A stretch of DNA of 64,000 nt from Octopus vulgaris (taxonomy: Eukaryota): assembly GCA_951406725.2 (NCBI GenBank), contig OX597828.1:13764001-13828000 (forward strand). Reading direction: 5' to 3'. The translations under genes and the position numbers were made by a program. Numbering within the stretch: the stretch's first letter is position 1; each line of letters starts with the position of its first letter. Below are positions 1-12,029 of this stretch, piece after piece. The notes beneath the pieces were generated by a model. The model had not been told where the DNA came from. It worked only from the letters and a program-made list of their open reading frames with translations, and did no database searches.

Positions 1-220
1 GTGCCATGTAAAAAGCATCCAGTCCACACTGTAAAGTGGTTGGCATTTGGAAGAGCATCCAGCTGTAAAAACCATGCCCAAACTGACCTCACCTGTGCTG
101 GTGCCCTGTAAAAAACACTCAGTTCACTCTGCTGGGTGGTTGGGGTTAGGAAGGGCATCCAGCTGTAAAACCCATGCCAAAACACAGAAGTATGGCGCAG
201 TCTTCTGCCTAGCCAGCTAC
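1..220 (+). repeat. Interspersed retroposon-derived repeat (family ending ...atggaaagcggacgttaaacgatgatg)
   Basis: Internally duplicated block gtggttggcatt.ggaagggcatccagctgtaaaaaccatgcc; related copies at ~858-1120 (-), ~2855-3010 (-), ~3830-3975 (+), ~9980-10172 (+). Confidence 0.65.
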
Positions 221-221
221 T

Positions 222-510
222 GAAGGTGCATGGCTTAGTGGTTAGGGTGTTGTGTTCACGACTGAAAGATCATGGTTTCGATTCTCAGACTGGTCACTGA
301 GTTGTGTTCTTGAGCAAAGCACTTCATTTCACGTTGCTCTGCAATCGTTTCGTTATCTGACATGTAGCACATGGTGCACCTGTACAGGTAAAGTCCATTC
401 GATGGAGGGAGCGTCCTATGTGAACGCAAACATTCGATCACTATAACCAAATCATCTGTGTGGTTGTTCAGCAAGAACTTGCCAAACCCCCCTATGTCAT
501 CTAACAATGG
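222..510 (+). mobile_element. tRNA-derived SINE (family C)
   Basis: A box TGGCTTAGTGG and B box GGTTTCGATTCT, then gttgtgttcttgagcaaagcactt; other copies at ~3985-4231 (-), ~29810-30146 (-), ~50160-50465 (-), ~56085-56250 (-). Confidence 0.75.
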
Positions 511-653
511 GAGGGTCCATGATATGAGAAAAGGCTGAAAGATGATAATTCATAAATTCACACTAGTATCTATTTATCATTTTCTTAGTGTCAGAAAAAA
601 TTACTGAAATGGAGCATGTTGAAAGAAGGCAAAATAAAAAGCTAAAAACTTAC

Positions 654-725
654 ATCTTTTGACTGGAATAGCTTTGTCATGGCAAAAAAAGCTTCCGTTG
701 CCTCAGTCCGGCCAAAATTTTCACC
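654..725 (-). CDS. COPG: Coatomer subunit gamma, coding exon 4 (gene continues beyond left edge)
   Basis: Minus strand ttttttacag|GGTGAA...AAAGAT|gtaagt; 72 nt = [24 protein letters not shown], matching recalled human COPG1 [24 protein letters not shown]. Confidence 0.97.
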
Positions 726-1434
726 CTGTAAAAAATGAATTTGATACAACTAAATGTATTTCCAGAGTTGAATTGTTTTAATAAAGAAGATACACATAAC
801 AGAAAACAAATACAAATGACAAAAACAAACAAACAAACAAAAGTATGGGGATATTCACATCATCATCATCATCGTTTAACGTCCGCTTTCCATGCTAGCA
901 TGGGTTGGATGATTTGACTGAGGACTGGTGAACCGGATGGCTGCACCAGGCTCCAATCTTGATCTGGCAGAGTTTCTACATCTGGATGCCCTTCCTAACG
1001 TCAACCACTCTGAGAGTGTAGTAGGTGCTTTACATGCCACTGGCACGAGGGCCAGTCAGGCGGTACTGGCAACGGCCACACTCAAATAGTATTTTTTTTA
1101 CATGCCACCTGCACAGGATCCAGTTGACATTATTATGTTGACACTCAGAGAAGAAAAGTAAAAGTTAAGGTGGTTCACTGTGTCCTTGAGCAAGACACTT
1201 TTATTTCATATTGCTCAAGTCCACTCGCCTGGCAAAAATGAGTTGCACTTATAATTCAAAGAGTCAACCTGGGTCATAGTGAACCTCCCTGAGAACTATG
1301 TTAAGGGTTATGAGTGTTTGTGGAGTGCTCAGCCACCTGCATGTTAGTTTCAGATTGCATCAACTGGAACACTCATCATTGTAACTGATGGAGTGATAGG
1401 TTATGTGCATGTGTGTATCTCTCTCTCTCTTTGT

Positions 1435-1606
1435 AGGAGTGGTTGTGTTGTAAGTAGCTTGCTTATGAACCACATGGTTCCAGGTTCAGTTCCACTGCAT
1501 GGCACCTTAGGCAAGTGTCTTCTACTATAGCCTCGGGCCGACCAAAGCCTTGTGAGTGTATTTGGTAGACGGGAACTGAAAGAAGCCTATCGTATATATG
1601 TGTGTG

Positions 1607-1687
<81 letters not shown>

Positions 1688-1897
1688 TTATGTGTCTGTA
1701 TTTGTCCCCCCAACATCGCTTGACAACCGATGCTGGTGTGTTTACGTCCCCGTAACTTAGCAGTTCGGCAAAAGAGACCGATAGAATAAGTACTAGGCTT
1801 ACAAAGATTAAGTCCTGGGGTCGATTTGCTCGACTAAAGGCAGTGCTCCAGCATGGCCACAGTCAAATGACTGAAACAAATAAAAGAGTAAAGAGTA
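1435..1897 (+). mobile_element. tRNA-derived CORE-like SINE (family A), full length
   Basis: A/B boxes, CORE-like gcacctt(g/a)ggcaagtg, internal (TA)n(TG)n and tail aaagagtaaaagag. Most abundant repeat in the window, with other copies at ~3462-3820 (+), ~17892-18527 (+), ~20930-21285 (+) and ~33560-33820 (-). Confidence 0.88.
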
Positions 1898-1942
1898 TAT
1901 ACAAACACACGCACACACACACAGTACTAGAGTGATTTAGTT

Positions 1943-2325
1943 ACTCTTTTATTTGTTTCAGTCATTTGACTGTGGCCATGCTGGAGCACCGCCTTTAGTC
2001 GAGCAAATCGACCCCAGGACTTATTCTTTGTAAGCCTAGTATTTATTCTATCGGTCTCTTTTGCCAAACCGCTATGTTATGGGGGATGTAAACACAACAG
2101 TATCAATTGTCAAGCAATGCTGGGGTGGGGTGCAAACACACACACACACACATATATATACATATATATATACGACGGGCTTCTTTCAGTTCCTGTCTAC
2201 CAAATCCACTCACAAGGCTTTGGTCGGCCTGAGGCTATAGTAGAAGACACTTGCCCAAAGTGCCATGCAATTGGTAAGCAAGCTACTTACCGCACAGCCA
2301 CTTCTGCACCTACACAGCCACTCCT
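1943..2325 (-). mobile_element. SINE family A, inverted relative to 1435-1897
   Basis: Reverse complement of the family A consensus with a short head deletion. Confidence 0.88.
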
Positions 2326-2619
2326 ATATACATATATATATATATATACACACACGTACACAGAGTATTAGAGTGATTGTTTATTACTGTTTTGGGAATA
2401 AGTTTTTTACGTCAAACGAAATCTAGAAAGTTGCTCGTAAATGAACCAGTAAAAAATTTCATAGGCAATGAAGAATAATTATAAGGAAACAGATATGGTA
2501 GTTTTAAATTTTAAAAAAATACAGAAAAAGGAATCTTTGTAAAAATGATGAATTTAAACCATTTTAAATACGTGATTACATACTGCACATAAGGCTAAAA
2601 TAATTTGATAAAGACAAAC

Positions 2620-2700
2620 CTGATTCAGGAGGTAAAGAATTTTGGTTAATATCTGACTGCATTTTCTTGGATTTATAGGAGATTCATTGAAGGTTCTAGC
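2620..2700 (-). CDS. COPG: Coatomer subunit gamma, coding exon 3
   Basis: ttccag|GCTAGA...AATCAG|gtttgt; 81 nt = [27 protein letters not shown] (human [27 protein letters not shown]). Confidence 0.97.
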
Positions 2701-4344
2701 CTGGAATCAGAAAATGAAATATATATTTTAGTATTGTTGTAGACTTCTAGGAGATATTGTATCCCTACTACTGTCCCTTACCACCTCTTCCTCCTCCACT
2801 TCCCTGACACACTTCTGTTTCCGATCTTTTACTTCCCTCTTCTAAAACTCATTGTCATCATCATTGTCCATGCTGGTATGGGTTGGACAGTGTGACCAGA
2901 GCTGGCAAGATGGGTGACTGCACCAGACTCCAGTCTGATTTATCTTGGTTTCTATGGCTGGATGCTCTTCCTAAAGCCAACCACCTTACAGAGAATGCTG
3001 GATGCTTTTATGTGTCACCACATGGGCACTTTCATGCATTGCTTCATGGATGATTTTACACGATGTTGCATGGATGCTTTTATTTGATGCTGCACAGGTG
3101 CCTTTATGTGTTGCCACACAGGCATCTTTATGTGTTGCTGAACAGGCGTTTTTACATAGCACCACCAGAAGGATCAGTCTTATGGCCAGGTGCCAGGTAT
3201 CTCTAATCATCTGCCACATACTTTTTCACTGTAGTGCACTTAACAACTCATCCTTTTCTGTTGCTCTATCTTTATTCTCTCTCTTTCGAGATGGAGAAGC
3301 CATGTAGTCATCTTTTCAGCAACACACTTACTCTTGTCCCTCTATCGTAATTTCATGTCCTTCGATACAATACCGCCACTCAGTCAAGAGGTTTTGTCAT
3401 ATGAGTACATGGTCACCTCACCAGTGTTAGTTTCACCAAAATAAAAAAAAAAACATCCAATAAGTGCAGGTGTGGCTGTGTGATAAGAAGCTTGTTTCCC
3501 AATCACATGCTTCCTGGGTTCAGTCCCTCTGGGCAAGTGTCTTCTACTATAGCCTCGGGCTGACCAAAGCCTTGTGAGTGGATTTGGTAGACGGAAACTG
3601 AAAGAAGCTTGTTGTGTGTGAGTTGTCAAGCACTTGACAACTAATGGTGGTGTGTTTATGTCCCCCATAACTTAGCAGTTCAGCAAAAAAGACTGATAGA
3701 TAAGCACTAGGTTTACAAAGAGTAAGTCCTGGACTCAATTTCTTTGACTAAAAACCCTTTAAGGTGGTGCTCCAGCATGGCTGCAGTCAAATGACTAAAA
3801 CAAGTAAAAGAATAAAAGAATACACTATGTGAAGTCGTTGGCTTTAGGAAGGGCATCCGGCAGTGGAAACCAAGCCAAAAACGGGCAATGAAAGCTGGTG
3901 CGGCCCTTGGCTTTACCAGCTCCTGTCAAACCATCCAACTCAAGCCTGCATGGAAAATGGATGTTATATAATGATGGCCTGGTTCTCTGTCAGTTATGGT
4001 GATGAGTGTACCAGTTGATACAATCAATGGAACAGCCTGCTTATGAAATTAATGTGCAAGTGGCTGAGCACTCCACAGACACGTAGTTCTCAGGCAGACT
4101 CAGTGTGACAAGACTGGAGCAACGAGAAATAAAGTGTCGTGCTCAAGGACAGAATGCACTGCAGGGAATTGAACTCCCACCCTTAGAATCATGAGCCCAA
4201 AATACTCCTAGTCACTAAGCCATGCGCCTTCTCCTGGTGATGATATTAGACAATTAAGTCCAACATAGACTGAAAAAGATAAGAAGGTTACACTTTAGGG
4301 TCTTTAATCAGTAGTCTCTTAGATCAGAGATAATCCAGAGTTAA

Positions 4345-4480
4345 ACAGACATCAGTAGTACTAGTACTTTTATGTGGCACCATCACCAGTACTTTTCACG
4401 TGGCACCATCATCAGTGTTTTCTAATGTGGCACCATCACCAGTGTTTTCTATGTGACACCAAAACCAGTGCTTTTTACCT
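4345..4480. repeat. Minisatellite, ~26-28 bp unit
   Basis: tggcaccatcaccagtgttttctatg repeated ~4-5 times; a related 24-bp array lies at ~3000-3165. Confidence 0.75.
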
Positions 4481-4858
4481 AGAGCTATGTTCAAGTCCTC
4501 TAGTGGTGAAGGCAATCTCTTTGTGACCAGGGTCCTGTCTATTTGATAGGAGAAATTATTTTGTCATTTACATAACACCATGCTCATCAGAGATAAGCGT
4601 TTGCTCAACAGATCTTTAATGTTAGATTTAGTTTTAAATGTTTGCACCTTTGTATTATTATAAATGGGATTATTTCCACCTTTATGATACTGTTCTAGAG
4701 AACAAACAAAAATATATCTTGAAGTTTTAGTAGCAACAAAGCTATTAACAATCTACCAGCAGTCACCTAGGAATTTACTCCAAATTGTAAATGTATGATC
4801 TCTATCAGTCCAGTGAAATGCATAACCTTTATAATTCAATGTAAAAGATTGACCATAC

Positions 4859-4908
4859 CTCTTGAAGCACAGTGGCTTTCTCCAAATGATTGTAAGGGTT
4901 ACTTCCCC
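4859..4908 (-). CDS. COPG: Coatomer subunit gamma, coding exon 2
   Basis: ttacag|GGGGAAGT...CAAGAG|gtatgg; 50 nt, phase 1 to 0 = (G)GSNPYNHLEKATVLQE (human GGSNPFQHLEKSAVLQE); phases join exons 1 and 3 in frame. Confidence 0.96.
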
Positions 4909-5171
4909 CTGTAATAAATAAGTATAAAGAACTCGCAATGTAATATAAGCAGAAACAAACATCACAGCAAAAGAAAAACAGAATGAAACAAAATCTAATT
5001 AAAACCCAAATATTGCAGATTATTGAGAAAATCTAACAAATGTTATCAATCTTTAAAGATATTTAATCTGTCATATAATTATAAACTGAATATACAAATA
5101 GAACAAGGGCTAGGGTTTATGCAATATCTTTTGAACTTAAAGTGCAGACTTAACATGTCCACACTCTCATA

Positions 5172-6443
5172 CATGAGAGCGGACTAAAAAGTTCATAGGC
5201 TGACTGTGAAGGAGTGATGCTAGATCAGCGAAATCTTGCATGCATTAATTTCAACCCTCTTTATTAACAACTGCATTGTTTCTTTCCAGGTAAACTGACA
5301 TCTGACTGTTCAAAGAAGACTTCAAAAGTAACTAGTGGCGAATTTTCTTGAAAATAGACAAAATTTGGCATTGTGGTGTTATCAAGTACCTGCAGAAAAA
5401 GGGGTTTAGGCCCCCCCCCTCCAAGGATGTTCATGCTGATATGGTTCCGAGGTTAGAGGTTGATGCTTCAGCTTTATCAACAGTGCAAATATGGGCAGCT
5501 AAATTTAGGAAGGCAAGAGAGAGTCTTGAAGATGACTCGAGATCTGGATGTCCTGCAACTGCCACTACTGAGGAAAACATTGATTGTGTTCACCACATGG
5601 TGAGGACAGGTGATTAACTATAAATCAAACAGCCAATGCTATTAGCATTTTCTGTGAGAGAGTTGAAAATGTTCTGCACAATAATTTTGGCATGATGAAG
5701 GGTTCTGCTTGGTGGGTGCCATATCTTCTGACACCTGATCTAAAGCGCACCAGGCTGATCGCATCACAGGAAAATCTAACATTGTTTCAGTCAGATTCAG
5801 CTGGTTTCTTTAAACGTTTTCTAACCCAGGATAAGTATTGGGTTCGTTACTTTGAGCCAGAGACAAAGAGACAATCCATGCAGTGGAAACACTCCTCCTC
5901 ACTTGCTCCAAAGAAGGCCATGGTTGTTTCACATGCAGGGAAGAAGATGACCTCAGCTTATTGGGATGCAAAGGGCATTTAGTCTATTGACTATTTTCAA
6001 AAGGGCCACACCATCAATAGAAAGTACTATACCAACTTGCCGAGGCAGTTGCAAAAGGGGGCTTGTTTCATCAGGACAATGCTCCATCACAGAAGTCCTT
6101 GGTTTCAATGGCTGCTGTGCATGTCTAGGACTTTGAACTAGTTGATCACCCTCCTTATTCTCTTGATTTGGCCCCCATCTGACCATCAGCTGTTCTCCAA
6201 CATAAAAAAAGAACCCCACTTGGCTGGGAACTAATACTTCTGTGATGATGACATCATATCTGCCGTTGATTGACTTTTTTGACTAGCAGGATGAAAGCTG
6301 CACCAATGGGATCCAATCACTGAAACACTGATTGAAAAACTGTGTGGACTGCAAGGGGGTCTATGTTGGGAAATAAACCTCATCTGGTCACATTCCATGA
6401 GAGTATCTTCTTCAGTCTATGAACTTTTCTGCAGACCCTTGTA
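5172..6443 (+). mobile_element. Full-length but decayed mariner (irritans/Himar1-like) in COPG intron 1
   Basis: Imperfect TIRs (aaaagttcataggctga / tcagtctatgaactttt), ~1.27 kb. Frameshifted transposase motifs WVPYLLT, FLTQDKYW, YFEPETKRQSMQW, AGKKM..WDAKG, FHQDNAP and HPPYSLDLAP. Confidence 0.92.
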
Positions 6444-7024
6444 CATGGCAGAAAATACACTATTAATAAGAGAGTATTGTAGTTCGCTTGAAGCATTGTG
6501 TATTGATTGTAAAGAATAAAAAGCTCTGAATGGTACAACAATGCACTATAATATAGACAATGGGCTATTTACCTGTTGTAATTTTACAAAAGGTAAATAG
6601 CTCACTATTAATAAATTTTACAAGTTTTGTATGTTCCAAAGAATCATCTATTGCTCAATTGCAGATCAGAGCATAACATTATAGAGACAAGCTGACAGTC
6701 ATTAAGTAGAGAGTCCACCTTTCTTTCTTTGCACTCTCACTTCAAATATACCAGGAGTTTCATAAGAGTCAAAACCACTTTAATTTATTTAGATTTAAAC
6801 TATCCACAATTTTTAAATGAAATTATGCCAATTCAGGTCTGTAGAAATACAATTCTAAATAACTTCAATAACCATCAAATGTACAGTAAAAAATTTAATT
6901 ACTATTAAATACAAGTCACTAGTGACATAAATCAATAATAACCACCTGTCAAATTTATACATCTATGAGCATTTCTACCATTTCTTGTACTAGTTTTCTT
7001 TACTTCCGCTTCACTTGGTTAATA

Positions 7025-7195
7025 ATGGTTTCAAATTTTGGCACAAGGCCAGTAATTTCCGGGGAGGGAATAAGTCGATTACATCAACCACGAAAGGAAG
7101 AAAGGCGAAATCGACCTCAGTGGAATTTGAGACGGACGAAATAACGTTAAGCATTTTGTCCGGCGTGCTAACGATTTTGCTAACTCGCCGCCTTA
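7025..7195 (-). mobile_element. tRNA-derived SINE family B (Meta/MESC-like central domain)
   Basis: Head aaggcggcgagctggcagaa; family consensus carries gcctttcatcctttcggggtcgataaa. Other copies at ~11815-12025, 16500-16715, 17490-17870, 29003-29215, 33060-33280, 45220-45387, 54572-54795, 59995-60125, 61235-61383. Confidence 0.75.
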
Positions 7196-8386
7196 GGTTG
7201 AGTTAATAATGGTAGTGAGCAGAGATACAAACTCATCAGCTGCTACACAAAAGAAAACATACATTCAATGTAATTTACACCAACAAACAACACGGATAAT
7301 TTCAGATTAGCTTCTGCCAAGAACTGACATGGAATCCTCATGTGTCTATAGTACCATCCTTGTCGTATCGTGGGCCCCCGAGAATCTGTTCACCACGTAA
7401 AGGTGTTGAAAGGATTAGTGAGGGGCCACGATATAAGAAAGTTAGAGGCGTAGTTTACTATATTTCTAATACCACAAGAAGATGTTCATTACATAGCAGC
7501 TCGGATAACAATTCCAAGATATTGGCTGACTTTACAATTATTTTCTCATTCAAACCACATGAAGTACCTTCATTTTTAAAAATCCATTCGCCGTTGTTGT
7601 TTAGGCCAAGTAAGCCCTGATCACATCTATGATCAAAGGCGTTTTAGCGGTGACTATAGGCCTATAGTTATATTTCCAAACAGTATACTTAAGATAAACT
7701 TTTTGTCAAGATGCAGTGTAATTAGAAGACTTAGCTACTATTTTCAGCTATTTTTACCGATCATATTTTCAGTGTATATTTACTGTATATATTTACATAC
7801 ATTGAGCTGATGTAGGGAAGCTACCGAATTTAATATTTAGCGCTCATAGCCTAACATATTAACGTAAAATTATTTATTCTGTCAAATACATATATTTATA
7901 CTATCACAGAACAGACCAACAAGAAATGAAGTAATAATGGAAAAGAGAGATAAAAATTTGATCGTTGAGAACTCTTATTAAAGAAGTAATGAGTAATAAA
8001 CTAGAATTATGTATGGAAAAAAACTCTTGAGCTGTAATTGTTTACGTGTCGGAAACAGCCACACTTCCCAATCCCGAAATAACAGAGATCGAGGTAATTA
8101 ACGAATGCATAAATTTAAAGATACACGCTAATTAACAAACAGAACGACGATTTTTTTTTTGGTCATTTTATCGACAAGAATAATGGTAATAACTTTTCAC
8201 GCCTCTAAAATGTGTATTATATGTTGTTAATGCAGAAATAACCACGTCCACACCTCCACCAAAGAACACAAGAGTTATTAATAAATTGTTGGTTTATAGT
8301 CATGTCAACACCGAACGAAAGGAAAATAAATCGTTCGACAGACATTAGTTATTTATATAATGAATGTATACACTTTATACACTTAC

Positions 8387-8426
8387 CATCTTCTTCGTCT
8401 TTTTTGTTGCTTCGCAGCATTTCCAT
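8387..8426 (-). CDS. COPG: Coatomer subunit gamma, coding part of exon 1
   Basis: ATG GAA ATG CTG CGA AGC AAC AAA AAA GAC GAA GAA GAT G|gtaagt = MEMLRSNKKDEED(G) (human MLKKFDKKDEESG). The start could be either ATG (8426 or 8420). Confidence 0.93.
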
Positions 8427-8469
8427 ACAATTTTGAAACACTCTCTGAAAGTGGGAATGTTACGGCCAA

Positions 8470-8535
8470 AGCAATACACGTCACTTCGGTCGATATAGTA
8501 ACTTCCGTTTTAACAGACAGCAAAAGGAAGTTGAG
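8470..8535 (-). promoter_or_regulatory. COPG proximal promoter motifs
   Basis: CRE half-site ACGTCA at 8478-8483, ETS/GABP-like ACTTCCG at 8501-8507 and AGGAAGT near 8525, 50-110 nt upstream of the ATG; typical of housekeeping promoters. Confidence 0.55.
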
Positions 8536-8594
8536 AGTTATCTCCCTTACTATTTTATTTCACCTTAAAAATAATAGAAAATATTTCGTTTTTG

Positions 8595-8832
8595 GATTTG
8601 GTTTCCAAGATTCTTTATATGAGTTCGTGTGTTGAAGCATATTCTGTTGTGTCTGGGGAGAGTCATTCTCTTTTAGTGCCTTATTATTTAACACACTCAC
8701 CGGTAAAATTTCCACTTATTTCTTATTTTTTATTTTTTTATTAAAAAAAAAGAAAGAAGTGGAAATTTTACCGGTGAGTGTGTTATAATAAGGCACTAAA
8801 AGAGAATGACTCTCCCCAGACACAACAGAATA
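8595..8832. repeat. Inverted pair of PLE pseudo-LTR-like fragments
   Basis: ~8641-8722 and ~8752-8832 are near-perfect reverse complements. The same family continues at ~37400-37473, and a related one lies at ~34563-34680. Confidence 0.7.
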
Positions 8833-9027
8833 ATGGAAAATAATTCTCAAAAAAAAAAAAAATGTAGAATGCATAACGAACTAAAAAAGAAAATAAAACA
8901 ATGATAATAAAACTTTCCAAGCAAGAAAAAAAGTTTGATTTGCTTTTAGTAGGATGAGATCAAAGTGCAGTAGTTTATTTTATTCGTAAAAAAGCTCACT
9001 GCATGTTTTGCAATCTAAGAAAAGAAT

Positions 9028-9449
9028 GGATCTTTTCGGTTTGAACGGCAGTATTTTAAAATAATTTCCACGTAACTAAACACTTTTAAACTTCGTATAC
9101 TGGTAGAATGTGTTTATAAAACATCTTTTACTCTTTGCTTTATTGAGAAAATTCTATAGTTTGTAAGATATTTGTTGTTTTTTTCTTCTTCAATTTCTGC
9201 AATTTCAACCAATCAATGACGTCTAGTGAGGTAAAGAAAAACAACATTCTGTGCCGTATGAATATATCCCTCGTTTAAGAAACAGATTGGGTTTATTTAC
9301 ATTTGTGAAGGAAAAAAGATACCCTTCCCCCCACCCCTAACCCTAAAACAGATTGAAATGCAATAGATCGATACTAGGGTCATAATTATGGGTGACAATT
9401 TCATATGACACCGCTAGAAAAAAAACTGCCGTTCAAACCGAAAAGATCC
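9028..9449. mobile_element. MITE
   Basis: Perfect 25-bp TIR GGATCTTTTCGGTTTGAACGGCAGT / ACTGCCGTTCAAACCGAAAAGATCC; no ORF; internal ccctaaccctaa. Confidence 0.88.
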
Positions 9450-9824
9450 AAGAAAGTTTTTTCCCCGGCAATATATTTATTTTCGCAAGAAAAAATCCAC
9501 ACATCTAAATTCTTTGAAACAAATAATATTTTAATCATTGCTGCAAATACGGGAGACAACTCATGACATTCACGATAGCATCCAACGAAGAAAAAAATCT
9601 CTCGACTTATCAGCAAAGCGACACCGTTACAGTCATCGATGTAACAGCCAAAATATTCAGGGATCGGTCAAGCAGATTTGGTAAATATAGACGTAGTCGT
9701 GGGTATGTGGTTAAAAAGCTTGCTTCCCAACTAAGTAATCGCAGGTTCAGTCCCATTGCGCTGTATCTTGGGCATGTATGTGTGGTGTGATATGGTGTGT
9801 GTGTATAATTATCTCTTCATTATG

Positions 9825-9858
<34 letters not shown>

Positions 9859-9937
9859 TGTATGTATGTATGTATGTATGTATGTATGTATGTATGTATG
9901 TATGTATGTATGTATGTGTGCGTATAATTATCTCCTC

Positions 9938-9972
<35 letters not shown>

Positions 9973-10184
9973 ACCCTTGTCATGACACCACGTGATTGTT
10001 GGAAAGGAGATGTCATTCATTTTCAGTCTTTCATGAAAAAGACATGTCCAACCATGGGGAAATATTACATTGCTTGGAAGCAGGTGAGGGTTAGTGACAG
10101 GAAAGGCATCCGGCTATAGAAAATCTGCTTGAACAAAATGACACATTCAAGCCAGGGAAATGATGATGATGATTTGTCTAATGT

Positions 10185-10768
10185 GCACAAAGAACAAGTT
10201 GACTTAACTGAGGCCCATCTTTGTGCCCATGGCTTCACCAGTAGTTGGAGTCATTAAGGAAAGCGGAATAATTTCGATTGAAGACGTATTTAACAAGACG
10301 GAGAAGTGTAGAGGGGCTGGTTCAAGTGTGGAGTAGCAAAGGACTGGATTAAGGCCCGTAAAAGCCTTAAACACTTAGAAGATAGATATATGTTTTTATT
10401 ATGGCCACACAGGGCTAAACACAGAAAATAGACGAAATACAATGTAGAGTTTTTCTTTTCGAGGTGGGATGGGTGGGACACACAAAAAAAAAGTTCGATC
10501 AATAGGGATCGTTGGGCTGTGTGGTGTAAAAGAAAAGAAATATATAAAGTTCCCCAAAAAGGAGGGGGGATCGATATTGTTCACAGTTTAGGTGTAGCCT
10601 TGGAAAGAAAAACCTACAAAAAAGACCAAGGTCACCTCAGGCAGTTCAAATTGTACATAAGAGTAAGAACCTTTCCTCTCGTTTTCTCTTTTTGTTACAC
10701 ATTTATGCTTAAAATGGTGTCATCTTTCATACTGACCATTCTTGCCACATTTACCCATTTTTTATTGA

Positions 10769-10842
<74 letters not shown>

Positions 10843-11600
10843 TGATATAGATATAGATATACGATTCAAAATATAGACAATAATAATTCCAAAACTAACA
10901 GTAAAATGGAAAATAATGTTTATTTTTGTATACCTGCAGTTTATATTTGAAATATTTTCTACTTTTTTCTAATTGCAAAGTCTTTGAGCGGATCCTCAAA
11001 ATTAATGTTACGTAACACACCTTCTATACTTAGAAGAGATAAGGCATCCCGAATATTATTCCAGAAAGTTTAAAATGGTTTCTTTTGTGTCGTAAAATAT
11101 TTATAGAATATTTAGCATTTCTGCGGTGCCTGTCTTCCATTGATACCCTAAACAGGTATCTATTTTGCTTAATGGCTAATCCAGCAATGGAGTGGTGGAC
11201 AGAGAAGAATTTGAGATTTAAGAATGGTGGTGGTGGAGGTGGTGGGGCGACGTCGTGGGGAGAACGGTATAAAAAGATTTAAAATCCATAACAAAGAAGA
11301 TTTTAGAGAGTTCAGGAAAAAGTGAAACAATGAGAGAGCATGGCTGGTTTCGTTGATGTAGGATGGAAGGACAGAAGACAAGAGTGACATGAAGATGGTT
11401 AAGGTAACGAAAAATTAGTTCAGTGAGGAACCTTTGAGCAAAGACATTGGGATGTTCAGGTGTGTTGGACTTGTAAACATTGTGGTAGAATTATATAATG
11501 GGAGCCTGTGGTGTTTTGAGAAGGAGGTTTGTTGCTGTAGGTGGAAGTAGAGAGAAGGAGATGAGTTAGTATACCGTGGTAGAGACGAATTTTCGGTTTG
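10185..11600 (-). mobile_element. Decayed Penelope-like reverse transcriptase, interrupted
   Basis: Minus-strand peptides LPSYINETSHAL and FVMDFKSFYTVLP (RT motif A, ~11260-11300), and GEAMGTKMGLS.VNLF (motif B, ~10195-10245). Confidence 0.75.
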
Positions 11601-12029
11601 GAAGGGGAGTTTTTAGGCAGTTCTTGGTAGAACTGCTGGTCGCTAAGCTGTTGAGATGCTTACTCGAAGCCAAAATAGGTAAAGTCTATGCTTCAGGTGA
11701 GTTTGATTAATGTAACCGAAATATGGTTGAAACTGTTTCCTGCACGTACCAAAACAATTGAAATAAAAATGAACAGACTAACGGTTTGGCAAACAGATGT
11801 TGATAAAATTATTGGTTTTAAATTTCGGCACAAGACCTGTGGTTTCAGGGGAGGAGATAAGTCGGTTGCATCGACCTCAGAGTTCAACTGGTACTTGTCT
11901 TTCGACCCTGAAAAGACGAAAGGCAAAGTCGACCCTGCAGCATTTGAATTCAGAATGTAAAGTCGGAGGAAATAGTGCAAAGCAATTTTCTCGGTGAGAT
12001 AACGATTCTGCCAGTACGCCGCCTTTTTT

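Noticed and set aside
4640-4690. Minus-strand ag|GTGGAAATAATCCC (GGNNP) as COPG exon 2
   Set aside because: The similarity ends after 5 residues; 4859-4908 is the full match with correct phases.
8950-9020. Weak hairpin containing tgagatca (bantam-like seed)
   Set aside because: Pairing is poor, the seed is on the wrong arm, and the rest does not match bantam.
9335-9346. ccctaaccctaa as an interstitial telomere
   Set aside because: Only two units, inside a MITE.
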